Assembly (NCBI GenBank): GCA_964016885.1
Contig: OZ024740.1
Coordinates: 156,612,001-156,676,000, forward strand
Origin: Eledone cirrhosa
Taxonomy: Eukaryota
Length of the DNA stretch: 64,000 nucleotides
Direction: 5' to 3'
Below the pieces are notes generated by a model. It was not told the origin of the DNA and made no database searches. It worked only from the letters and a program-made list of their open reading frames with translations. A program made the position numbers and the translations under genes. Below are positions 23,652 to 40,800 of the stretch, piece after piece. Position 1 is the first letter of the stretch. The number at the start of each line of letters is the position of its first letter.

Positions 23652-25643
23652 TTACCTTACTTCTCGTAGGGGAAGGACGGTTTTTCCATCCTTTTCACTG
23701 CTTGTGGCCTCCTCAGGAAGGATGTCCTTATAAATCCTCCTGGAGAGTGCTTGTCGGAAGTCTCCGATGTCTTTGGGGAATTTTTGTTTTAGTGTCATGT
23801 ACGTTTTCTGTGTGATGCGAGTGATTTGTATGTGTGGAGGTGGTGTGAATTTTGGGGTTGTTGTGTAGTCTTTTTCTGTGATGCTGGTGTTGTGTTGGAT
23901 GTAGTGCAATAATTGCTTGTTGTTCAAATTTAATGCTGTGTAGTGTGTATCGTTTTGGTTGTTTTGTTTTGTTTGCGTTTGTTGTGGGTTTGTTTCTGTT
24001 TCGCATTTTGGTGACTTTTGTGGTGTAGGTGATGGTGGTGTTGGAGTTAATGATGGTGATGGTGTTGGTGTTTGGGTTGATGGGGTTGGTGATGCTGGTG
24101 TGGATGGTGGCTTATCTGTCCTAACTTTTTTGTTTCTTAGTTTATTTGTTTCCCTCTGTATTTTGTTTTTGGAGGGGGAAGGAAGAGAATTTTTTCTTTT
24201 TTGGTTTCTTTTTTTTTTCCGGATATCGTTTCCCACTCCTCGTCGTCACAATCTGTCTCCAGTTGTGATAGGCCGGGGAGTGGAAAATCCTCCACAGCCG
24301 TTAGTTTTGGTTGTGGTGTGGTGGATGGTGTAGGCGCTGGTGCTAGTTCTGAAGCGTTGGGTGGTGGTGTTGGTTTTGCTGGTGGTGGTAGTGGTGTTGG
24401 TTTTGCTACTGTTGCTGGGGTTGTTACTGTTATAGTTGCTTCTGTTGTTGCTGCTACAGTTGTTGCTGGCATCTCTGCTACTGGTGGTGTTGATGGTTGT
24501 GTCACTGGGGTGGGTAGGAGAGGTGGCCTCAACCTTTTAGCCTGAGGGCAGAAAGCCCTTAGGTGGGTTCCTTCACCACAAACGACACACCTAGGTCTTC
24601 TGCCCTCGACAATTACCGTGAGGTGGCTGCCGTCAGTGAGGTCTATTACCTCTGGGATCTCCTCAATGCTTTTTTTGGTCCGCTTGGATCAGGAGCTCCA
24701 TCCCAGATCCGGACCAGTTTTCCTGCTTTTCTTTTGCTATTGTTATTATTTTCGTGTTGGCCTCGATGCCGGCGATGACAGCCGCTATTAGCCAGGGAAT
24801 TTCGATGGCCGGTGGAACGTGGGTCACCCTGATCTTTACGAGTCTCTGGTCACAATAGCTTGGGACGAGTGTGAAGTCGTCACTTTTTAATGGGACCATG
24901 GAGTGTTCTCTAGCCTCCTCTGGTGTTTCAAAGAACACATCCACGGTTCCATACTTTTGCCCACGTCTGATGTGGGTTTTTCTTGCCCACACATGTCCCA
25001 AAGCTTTTTGGATTTGGGACTCGGATGCCCGTTCCACTCGGCGCGATTTTACATTTATTGTTCTATACGACACGGTGCAGAGGCGCCGATGCTCCATTTT
25101 ATTAGGTGGGGGGGGGGGGGGGGGGGCGAGGCTGACCCTGTACCCATCTTTCTTTACCATCTGTTTGGCATTTTCTAAATCTTCTTGAGTTACCGTGAAC
25201 GCTTCGAATTGTTTTGCTACGATGGCGAAACTGAGGGTCGGTTTTATAATGTCATTGTTGTTGTTGTTGCTATCGTTAATATTAATTTTATTTTCAGTTG
25301 TGGTGGTGGTGACGTCAGTCGTCTTTGGTGGGGAAGAGTCAATTTTGCTTGATTTCATTTCGACATCACGAGTTAATTTATTTTTTTCTTCTTTTGTTTC
25401 TGTTGTCGCGGTGGTGGTGGTGGTGGTGGTGGTTGTCGCGGTGGTGGTGGAGGCTTTAACACCTGCAGTCATTGGTAATGGCGGGAAATGAATGTCTGCC
25501 TGAGACAAATTTAAAATATTGCTACTGCTTATTTTTTTTTTTGTGTTGGCAAACGTAGTAACATTTACAATGGTGGTGTCGGTGTGAGGTGTTATTTTGT
25601 GAGGACGGCTTTCAGCTGCTTCGTGCAGAGGTGAAGTAGCCAT
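23652..25643 (-). pseudogene. Tx1/L1-like ORF1 (gag-like), frameshifted
   Basis: Starts MATSPLHE at 25643. Zinc knuckle CVVCGEGTHLRAFC read on the minus strand at ~24548-24590. Pro/Thr/Lys-rich tail ends 35 nt before the ORF2 ATG. Confidence 0.8.
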
Positions 25644-25853
25644 TTTTTTTTTCAAAGAAATTTTTTGATAATAATAAAAGTTAAAATTTTGGGCACAAGG
25701 CCCCAATCTTTTTAGGTGTCCTTTTCGGAAAACAATGTATGTGTGCTTATAAACAGTTAACAATAAAATTTTCCATAAATGGCAATTTTTAAACAAACGG
25801 AAATAACAAACCTTTGCGGAGCTCACAATAATACGATTTCCTACGTAGGTCGC

Positions 25854-30921
<5,068 letters not shown>

Positions 30922-33370
30922 GCTTTCTTTATTAACCACAAGGGTTTACATAAAGTAGACATTAAGGACAGTAGAGGACAATACAGGACGGTACAAATGG
31001 GCATTTCTGCATGTAAAAAAAACAGAGGATGTAATAAAAAAAAATAACAATGAAAAATTCCCCAATAGGGGGGAGACTTCCGAGGGACATTTGTGGAGAA
31101 AGCCCATTAAAAGGCCACAGTGACCCTGACCACCACGGCAAGTGCCCTATCCCAATTTTCCACCTTTAATTTACAGACATATACTCAGAGTAGGCCCATT
31201 CACTCGGGCCATACTCGCTTCTCTCACCTATCTTTCAACAAAATGCTGGGAAGAGAGCACTTCCCTCTCTACCCTGATTTTCCTTTTCAAATGAAATTTG
31301 AAAAAGTTAATCAGGGCATCACCGAAGAGTTAAGTGCTCGTCTTCAGCCCTTTCAAACGTGTCCACCATACTATCTCTTTCGCCATGGGCACCAGACAGA
31401 TAAAAATTGCCTGCCCTTCCAGGCTAAAGGAAGAGGGCGGGGCAATCCTCACAATGGACTCAGCTGATAGATGGATCCGTCCTACACGCGACAGTAGGTG
31501 TTCGACATAAACCCACAAGTCAGCAATGCTCGGACACTGGACGAGTGCGTGCAGGACGTTTTCGTCGCCCTGCGCGCATCTCGGACATGCCCGGCTGACG
31601 GCACCTCCATGCCTGTAGAGTTTGTCCCGAACTGGCAAAGTTCCTCGGTAGCACTGCCACTGATCACCGTCGAGAAAGCGGTGGAGATCTCGTAGCCTGA
31701 GATCGTGCCTGCGATCATCAGCCACGGCATGCCCAGCCCTCCACGTAGCGGGTGTTGACAGCGCGTCCCTTCCACAAGAAGCGAAAGAGCAAACGCACCA
31801 GCGCATTCAGGCGAGGCTTAGGACAAGGCACGACGGTCAGGCGGTAGTAGATGACGGACGCGATGTACGCTTTAGCCACCTCCGCTCAACCGTTCAGGAA
31901 TAGCTTCCTCTCTGCCCATTCTGGGTGACAGAAGCCACCCTGCGTCACCCCGTCCCAGTTTTTGTCCGTCCGGAGGTCCGGACCGAACCAGACCCCTAGC
32001 AATTTAACCGGTCCGTCCGTCCAGCGCCCGACGACGCTGTTGGACGGCATGGAGCTGCCTCTCCAGGTGCCGAGATGCAGGCCCACCGACTTTTCCTGGT
32101 TGATCATTGCTCCTGTCACCGCTTCGTATTCTCTTAGTGGAGCGCCAATCGGCTCGGTGTGTTTGGCGTTCGACACCACTACGGTGACATCGTCCGCATA
32201 TGCTGACACGGATCTTCCGTATCCTAGTTCGCGCGGGATCCCCCTCAACGTCTCCAGTCTGTGCAGTAATGGCTAGAGAGTCAATACGTACAAGAGGGAC
32301 GAGAGGGGACATCCTTGGCGGACCGAGCGCATGATGTTGAACGGTTCCGAAAGGTGACCGTTCACTCTCACCACAGAACAGATGTCACTGTGCACGGTAG
32401 CGATCCATCTCTGAAGATGGGCCCAAAGCCAGCCGCCCTCAGTACTGCCGCCAGATAACGATGGTCGACCCTATCGAAAGCTTTCGACTGATCTAAATTG
32501 ATCAAGGACCCACCCGTGCCAGGTTCCCTAGCTACCCTCTCCGATGTATCGCTAGAGGTGGAGGTTCTCGTGGATGGATCTGTCGGGAATGGCGCATGTC
32601 TGTGCCTCTCCCACCAGACCACCAACAACAAGCGCCAACCTCTTTGCTAGCACCTTGGCCAAAATCTTGAACTCTGTGTTTAGCAGAGTTATGGGCCTGA
32701 AATTATCTATGTTATCCCCCTTGTTCGGATCCTTTCTCAGCAGCGCCACCACTCCTCGGCTCACAGAGCTGGGAATTCTCCCGTTATGTTGCCAGTTGCA
32801 GTAGACGTCCGCCAAGAAGCCTGCGAACAAGTATGGCATTTGTACGTAAAGTTCATAGGGCAGACCATCCAAACCAGGTGATTTACTCCTTGAGCAGCCA
32901 GTCATTGCCTCCCGTACTTCAGCTGCTGTTATCGGCTTTTCGCAACATTCCGCCTCAGTGGGTGAGAGCCGCGGCAGTTCGTCGAGGTAGACACTAAAGT
33001 CCATCCCTCGATCCGCCCCACCGCTACCCCCGAACAGCTGAGCAAAGTGTCGCTGAAAAGCTTCACACATTTGCTCGGGATCGAGTAGCATGCGCCCGTC
33101 GTAGTCCACCAAAGACCGGATCGTGGCTTTGTTGCCACTACGCGCCTCCACCTCTCGGGCTCATTGAACGGCTTTCGCCCCCTCGTGTCTGTGAGCACAC
33201 CACCCTAGCTCTGACAACGCAGCCTTCGTGCTTTGCATTGTAGAAATGGTCAAGGGCCAATTTCGCCGCAAGTACGTCGGTCGCGATGCCTTTGCTAAGC
33301 GCCTCGTCTAATTGTCTAACTAGTTCTCCCTCTGCTCTATTTTTCTCTATTGCTAAAGCCTTACTAAACC
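30922..33370 (-). mobile_element. Tx1/L1-like element, 5'-truncated, decayed second copy
   Basis: Aligns by eye to 19957-22740, with a ~300-bp deletion at ~31660. Ends at (AAT)n 33371-33388. Confidence 0.92.
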
Positions 33371-33388
33371 TAATAATAATAATAATAA

Positions 33389-33607
33389 TGGTTTCTTATA
33401 TAGGCACAAGGCCAGCAATTTGAAAGGGAGGGGAAAGTCGATTAAATCGACCACAGTGCGTGACTGGTACTTTATTTTATAGACCCCGTAAGGATGAAGG
33501 ACAAAGTTAACCTCGGCGGGATTTGAACTCAGACCGTAAAGGACCGTAACTCTATGCTTCAAAGTATATGGTCCGACTCTCCACTGATATTGGCAGCCCA
33601 CCACCCA
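33389..33607 (-). mobile_element. tRNA-derived SINE
   Basis: B-box GAGTTCAAATCC and CTTCATCCTTACGGGGTC core on the minus strand. Confidence 0.85.
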
Positions 33608-33639
33608 ATAATGATAATAATAATGATGATTATGATTTC

Positions 33640-34200
33640 ATTTATTGACCACAAGGGCCAACATATAGGGGACAATACAAAGACACGGATAGTGGGGTTT
33701 ACAATAAGCTCGAGTAAAAGTACACAATGGCAAGAATAATTTAACAATGAAAATATACAATAAACTATGCATAAACATAGCAAAATAAATTCCCCAATAG
33801 GAGGAGGGGAATGGATGACCCAGGGGCGACTCGGGTACCCCACCAATCCTGAACCACCCGGCGATTCTATGGTACCCGGGGAGGGAACCTCTCTCCTCCT
33901 CAAATTAACCAGCCTACAGGCACATGATCATAGTAGGCCCACTCACCGGGCCTTTCTCGCCACATTCATCCACCTTTTAGAAAATGTACTGGGTTGGGGG
34001 TAGCACTTCTCTCTCTACCCTCACCTTACTTTCCAGGTGAAACTTGAAGAAGTTGATGAGGGATTGGCCGAAGAGAAAAGTGTCTGTCTTCAGTCCTTTC
34101 AATCTGGTCTACCATACAACCTCTTACGCAACTGCCACCAGACAGAGGAATATTGTCTGCCCTTCCTGGCCAAAAGAAGGCAGCGGGTTGATCTTCATCT
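33640..34200 (-). mobile_element. 3' fragment of a diverged Tx1/L1-like subfamily
   Basis: Similar to 19960-20480 (TTTATTGACCACAAGGG; AATTCCCCAATAGG; LINFFKFHL-like peptide). Confidence 0.75.
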
Positions 34201-34274
34201 GAATCAATGAAATAATTGATAATACTGTAAATAAAACCCTTTTTGTACTGTTGACCATGTTATTCTGCACTCTT

Positions 34275-34333
<59 letters not shown>

Positions 34334-34334
<1 letters not shown>

Positions 34335-35790
34335 AGATGAATATAAAATGAAAGTGATTTTTAAAAAAAAAAGGAATTTATTAGGCATTGACATATGTTT
34401 CTGTAACAGACGGAATACCTATGTATCGCTGCTTGCGTAATCATATAATGTTAGCAAGTATTCGATAGCAAATGTATAATCAGTTGTCACTTCTTCAGAG
34501 ATTTTGGATAAATTGGAAAAAATCAGAAAAATTGAAGTATTTATATTAGTTGTAATAGAGGAAGAAGAGAGGGGATAGTATATGACAGATGGTAATTCAA
34601 TTTACTGCTAAACAAGTATATAAAGGGTTTCTAATGAGAATACAATGAGTAAATGGTTTATTTTATCTAAATAAGAATTTTTGGGAGTGCCTATTTTAAT
34701 CTATACTTGACCAATTGAACAATGGACAGGGCTGGTCATTTGGTGTAGTAGTATTAATTATAAAGTGTCAATTAAGGAAGGGGGAGATTTCGACTGCTAC
34801 TGAATAACATCAATGCTAGTAGCCAGCTGGTATATGCATTAGGGAATTGAATTAAGAAATCTCATTTTATCTATAGCAGTTTATATTAAATGGTAAATAA
34901 TAGAAGAGTTGATAGAATTAAGACTAATAGAGAATGTTAATATGTATTTTGACAATCAAACGGAGATGGAGACAGGCGTTCAATCCTGGTAGTATTTGTA
35001 ATATGAAAATGTAGATTTTAAGCGATGGTTACAGTATAATGATCGCTCTATTCTGTTATTTAATAAAATGTTTTTGGATTTCATAATACAAAATAATTCC
35101 ATATTACATAATTTACAAAATTCCTGTCCGTGGTAATGGAGGGGCAGACTATTATATCCCATTTTAGGTTAAATTGTTGGCTATTTTCACGCAGCTGCCA
35201 AGCCTTGTCTGCGAGTGTTGTTACATAACGCTGGTTTTCATGTTTTATCGAGTAACGATGTCTATAAAGGCGTGATTTGAAGGAGGTGGCTGTAGATCCC
35301 ACATAGTACCACTTCTGTCTATCCGATTCGATAGTACATTTGTATATTATGTTGCGTTCAAGACACTGATTGTCTACTACACCAAATGACCAGCCCTGTC
35401 CATTGTTCAATTGGTCAATTATAGATTAAAATAGGCACTCCCAAAAATTCTTATTTAGATAAAATAAACCATTTACTCATTGTATTCTCATTAGAAACCC
35501 TTTATATACTTGTTTAGCAGTAAATTGAATTACCATCTGTCATATACTATCCCCTCTCTTCTTCCTCTATTACAACTAATATAAATACTTCAATTTTTCT
35601 GATTTTTTCCAATTTATCCAAAATCTCTGAAGAAGTGACAACTGATTTTACATTTGCTATCGAATACTTGCTAACATTATATGATTACGCAAGCAGCGAT
35701 ACATAGGTATTCCGTCTGTTACAGAAACATATGTCAATACCTAATAAATTCCTTTTTTTTTAAAAAACACTTTCATTTTATATTCATCTT
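34334..35790 (-). mobile_element. Penelope-like GIY-YIG fragment between ~420-bp inverted pseudo-LTRs (34334-34751 and 35374-35790)
   Basis: NIIYKC..YYVGSTATSFKSRLYRH, CKLCNME, CNHR. The arms are near-perfect reverse complements. Confidence 0.9.
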
Positions 35791-35897
35791 TTCTACATTT
35801 TCTCCGGAATATAATTTATACTCGTTCAGCAAACCTACACGTACGCTGTTCATCTCTAACGTAACGATATATTATCACTACATTATTGATAACCTGA

Positions 35898-35963
<66 letters not shown>

Positions 35964-36854
35964 ATAATAAATGTGAAGACTAACATCCGAAGAGGGCTCG
36001 ATAAGGATAATATATATATATATAAATATATATAAAACCTTAGACAAAATATTTATTAAAATAACAGAGTATAGTTTAAGCAAATAGAATCGCTGCTTTC
36101 ACCCTTAACGGGATCTTCTGCAACTTAGTTTCAGAAGATTCTCTGGTACAGCACCGCACTTTTTCATCTCCCATTACGCATAGCCCATAACCACCTCCAT
36201 ACCCACACTCACCACCCTCGCCTCACCATATGCACACCACAGTGAAACAGCCAAAACACCACACCCCCAACAACTCACACCAATCATCACTCCCCACAAC
36301 CACCTCTTCACTATGATCATTGCATCCATCTATCACACATACTAAAACATTCCCTATAGCAAAACCACCAATCAAAACAACAGAAACTGACCACCATAAA
36401 TGAATGTGAATCATTATAGACCTTTCTAAGCTCTACAGGTTCATTCCAGGTTATTACCACAGCAGAGGTCCGACGAGGTTTTGATTCCAGAGTCGAGCCG
36501 GAACGATACAGATCGAACCTTAAGCTGATGAATAGCGAAACGTGCATCATTACTCAATAAACCTAATGAAGGCATAACATATTGCCCTTTTATTATTATA
36601 TATACACTCTGCTTAGTTCTATACCTCTTTACAGACTGGAAACTCAGATCAAGTGAACCTACAGTAACTGCAGGTTACACTCCCTATATATTCCTTATTG
36701 TAGGTCGACTTTGCTTGGCCATAGCCAAAGCTTCGATTTTACTAAGCTTCCACTTGTATATATATATATATGTATATATGAATTTGTTTTGCAACAATAA
36801 ATAAATGAATAAAATAGAATAAGTAAACATTACAATACAACGGAAGGAAACAAT

Positions 36855-36900
36855 AGTATCACTGATGATGTCACAGGTGTGTGACGAAAGAAATCTGAGA
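36855..36900 (+). ncRNA. Minimal hammerhead motif
   Basis: TCA-CTGATGA-T-GTCAC(AGGTGT)GTGAC-GAAA-GAAA-TC-TGA. A related copy lies at 61525-61565. Confidence 0.7.
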
Positions 36901-37019
36901 GATTATATATATTTATTTATATCTATATTTTTAATTGTGGGTCAATCAATGATAAAAATTGATTGCCAGCTTAATTAACTATAGCAAAGGTTCTCATCCC
37001 ATTTCGGCCAAAAATATAT

Positions 37020-37414
37020 ATATTTATTCTATTATATATATTTCAAGGGTACTAAAACTTTGGTACGCCCTCATCAGATAAAATACAAAGTTTGTTTTAT
37101 AAATATTGACATAACCAGGAAGAACTTAACGGTTCAAGTTTTTCCTGACTTTCCAGGAAAAACTTGAACCGTTAAGTTCTTCTTCCTGGTTATGTCAATA
37201 TTTATAAAACAAACTTTGTATTTTATCTGATGAGGGCGTACCAAAGTTCTGGCACCCTTGAAATATATATAATAGAATAAATATGGTTTTATAAATACAG
37301 TTTCCATTTACTTAATATCATTGAATATTATACTCCAGAAAATTGTCGAGTGCTTTGAATCAGTTATAAACATTTTTATTTGTTAAATTACCAACAAATT
37401 AAATATCCCTTTCG

Positions 37415-37417
<3 letters not shown>
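37020..37417. mobile_element. ORF-less fold-back of a PLE pseudo-LTR (arms 37020-37147 and 37154-37284), one hammerhead per arm
   Basis: Near-perfect palindrome with loop ACTTTC. TATTTTAT-CTGATGA-helix II-GAAA-TATATA-TA-ATAGAATA. Homologous to 52732-53010. Confidence 0.85.
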
Positions 37418-37504
<87 letters not shown>

Positions 37505-37795
37505 AAAACATGTCTATAGAATCACCAGATAAAATATATACCATTTCCTCTCCCAATTAGCATAATAAACTATATAAAAAATCGAATAGACCAGGCTATA
37601 AAAATCGAATAGACCAAGCTATAAGAATAAGGCTTCTATGAAGAAATCCACAATAAATAACCTAAACTAGCCCTTCGCGTCGGCTGCGACGGATTATATT
37701 TATCGAATATTTCGACAGCGTAGTCGCCCAGATATACAGTTAATTAAACAGAATTAGGTGTAAAATAAACTAGGAGAAAAGAGAATACATTTATT

Positions 37796-37875
37796 TACCT
37801 CTACCATGGTTTCGTCCGCATTTTGAGATTTCCAATATATTCGGAAATTCAAGCATCGGACTCTTCAGGAGTTTG
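37796..37875 (-). ncRNA. Type I hammerhead ribozyme with long helix II and intact core
   Basis: CTC-CTGAAGA-GTCCG..TTGA.ATTTCCGA(ATATA)TTGGAAAT.TCAA..CGGAC-GAAA-CCATGG-TA-GAG. Confidence 0.85.
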
Positions 37876-38262
37876 CTCTAATCTAGACATTAAATTTTCA
37901 AAAGTGATCGCGCCGAGAATACATTCAAGATGGCTAAGAATCGTGACGTAGGAGCGGTCAGGTTGGAAGGGGTGTGGTAGTTGCTTACGGCTAGTGGCTA
38001 TTTGCTAGAAAGCACAGCACTATACAGCAAAATTTGTATCTCAACCTAATGGGAGATTATTACATATAAAGGTTTACATATATATATTTATATATACATA
38101 CATACATATACGTGTTTTGCAACGGGTCACATTGTGGCTCAATGAAAAGTTAATAAATTAAATAATCAGAGCTATATATCATAAAACATGTCTATAGAAT
38201 CACCAGATAAAATATATACCATTTCCTCTCCCAATTAGCATAATCAACTTTATAAAAAATCG

Positions 38263-38328
<66 letters not shown>

Positions 38329-38396
38329 AGAAAGAGTAAGAAATGTGTGTGTGTGTGTGTGCATTTGGTACACGTCTATCTATCTATGTATCTCTC

Positions 38397-38445
38397 CAAC
38401 AGGGGGCTCAAACATGCGGCCCGCGAACTACTTTTCTATGGCCCG
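38397..38445 (+). mobile_element. hAT-like terminal inverted repeat remnant
   Basis: CAGGGGGCTCAAACATGCGGCCCGCG resembles Charlie-type termini. No partner end confirmed. Confidence 0.45.
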
Positions 38446-38589
38446 TGGTAGAACCAATATTTCAGATTCCATTATAACTGGCGAAAATAAGGCGGTGGGC
38501 TGGTGGAATCGTAAGCACATCTGGCTAAATGCTTAGCAGTACTTCTTCCCTTTTTACGTTCCGGGTTCAAATACTTCCGATCTCAACTT

Positions 38590-40589
38590 CGACGTCAGTA
38601 TGGGCGCGACGGATTCGGCCGAGGTCACAGATCTTATAGGATTATTCCTACTATTTAAACTCACCAAAATGTTTCCTGCATTCAGCAGTGGATTGTACCG
38701 GGATTATGGGATCCTCACCCTTAAAGGGTACAACCCCAGTAGTACAGACCGGGTCCGTAAACAACTAATCAACTTCTTCCGGGACTGGGGATTTAAAATC
38801 ACCCTACAAACGTCCTTAACCCGAGTCAATTTCCTGGACGTTACCCTTAACCTCGAAAATGATCTGTACTACCCATACAGGAAACCAAACGACAACCTGC
38901 ACTACATCCACCGCCGCTCTAACCATCCTAGAAACATCACCAATAACCTAGTTCAAAACATCTCCCTCGGCATATCTCGTTTGTCCGCTAATGAGCAGAT
39001 ATTCGACGAACACGCGCCTCATTACAACCAGGCCCTCAAGCAGAGTGGCCACCGGGAGGAAATATCCTTTTATCCAGCTTCCTTTAGCGGAACCAGCAGG
39101 CGACACCGCCGCTAACGCAACGTAAAGTGGTTCAATCCTCCCTATAATGCCGAGGTGGCAACACCTATGAGGAAAATCTTCTTTAGGCTCCTCGAAAAAC
39201 ACTTCCCACTACAACACCGCTACCACAACATAATCAACAAAAACACCACCAAACTCTCTTACAGCACCACACCTAACTTCGCACAAAACATCGTCTCCTC
39301 AAACAACAAACAACAAAAAACTCAACCCCTATGGAAGAAATAACCTAGACATCAGTGGAGAGCCGACCAGGAGGTGTAACTGCCCTGATAGATCTACGTG
39401 CCACCTCAACAACAAATTCTGAGAACGTTACGTGATCTACCAGCGCAACGTGAGGACGGACAACTCCAACAAAGCTTATATAGGATTAACCACGTGTGAC
39501 TTCAAGACCCGGCTCTACCAACACCGACATACTTGCCGAAACCCGATCCGGCGAAATGCCACTACACTTTCGGGCCACATCTGGGACCTCCAAGATAATA
39601 ATATAACCTACAATCTCACTTGGAGCTTACTGTCCAGAGCTAACTCTTACACTGGAGGACGCCGTCCGTGTAACTTATGCTCGGAGGAAACATTACAAAT
39701 GTTGTTTTCGAAGGACCAACTCCTGAACAAGAAAGACGAACTGGTAACCGCATGCAAACACAGATTGCGTAGGACTTACCTCGCCCTCAAACCCCCATAA
39801 CGAGCCGGTTGGGTAGACAAGGGCTGATACCCCCACTTGCCGAATAAGTTAGGGGAAACCCCAGCTTACATAGGTAGATGTATCTCTCTTTTTTTCCTCT
39901 TTGTCTTCTTCTTCCCGCTGTCTCATCCTATCACTTCCTTCCACCTCCTATGTCCTTCCTCGTCTGCTTTTCCCCTTTTGCCTACCCCGATGCAGCCCAT
40001 CTGTAGCATCAGTTTCCCCACCCCTGTAATTTTAAGATAGAATTGGCCGAATACGTTTTACTAACAAATTATAGCAGACGTGTTAAACCCCTTTAATTTT
40101 GTATCAGTTTTGTTGCTACTCAATTTCTACAAGTTTTTTCTATTCTCAACATATTAACCTATTGTAATTGTGATTTTTTTAATTCATTTCTCACTATCTA
40201 ATTTTATATTATTTTTTTAATTTCTTTCTTTTATCTTTTATTGTCTCCCACTCTCATTCGAATTACCTATTCTACAACCTCCCTCCTCCATTTCATACAC
40301 TATCCTTAGAATCTGCTGTATACATATCACTTTCAACGCTTGACCGGTCCACTCACTCCCCTATTGTTCTACAGGCAAGTTCAGTCACCCCTACCTCCCA
40401 CCAAATGCCATGATAGACTTATTTGTGTTTACAACAAATTATAACTAATCCTCTTGACAACTACAATCTTCCCATATAAAGAAGTACCCCCTTGACAAGT
40501 TCGGCTATTTATTCACCAGGCTAAAAATTCGAATTTAGTCCAGAAATAGCCGTCGAAACGGTTTGAGCTCTGCCGTCGGGGTCATACTT

Positions 40590-40592
<3 letters not shown>
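38590..40592 (+). mobile_element. Penelope-like element, 5'-truncated (RT C-half + GIY-YIG), disrupted; degenerate hammerhead at ~40485-40583
   Basis: MGATDSAEVTDLIG, GLYRDYG, VNFLDVTLNL, YRKPND..YIH..SNHP; IYQ..AYIGLT..FKTRLYQH, CNLCSEE, NKKDE..CKHR. Hammerhead CCCC-TTGACAA..CGGCTATTT/AAATAGCCG..GAAACGG..CCGTC-GGGG. Confidence 0.92.
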
Positions 40593-40620
<28 letters not shown>

Positions 40621-40800
40621 AATGAAAGTTAGAGTTAATAACTCATACTGAAACCCTGTAATTAATAAGCTCCAAGTTTAAATACTGAGCATTATAGAAA
40701 GAAGCACAGTAGTAAGAAACACAGTAAAACGTGTGTCCAATATTATGAGGGTGGAAAAACCACAATTGTTTGAAATATTTAACCAATATATATACATATA

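Larger units (their letters stand above)
19957..25853 (-). mobile_element. Tx1/L1-like APE-type non-LTR retrotransposon, near full length, with (AAT)n on both sides
   Basis: Two-ORF layout (see the ORF1 and ORF2 entries). (AAT)n at 19922-19956 and 25854-25965. Confidence 0.92.

Noticed and set aside
24545-24608. Inverted repeat GAGGGCAGAA/TTCTGCCCTC
   Set aside because: It lies within the coding sequence for the ORF1 zinc knuckle, and there is no independent support for an RNA structure.
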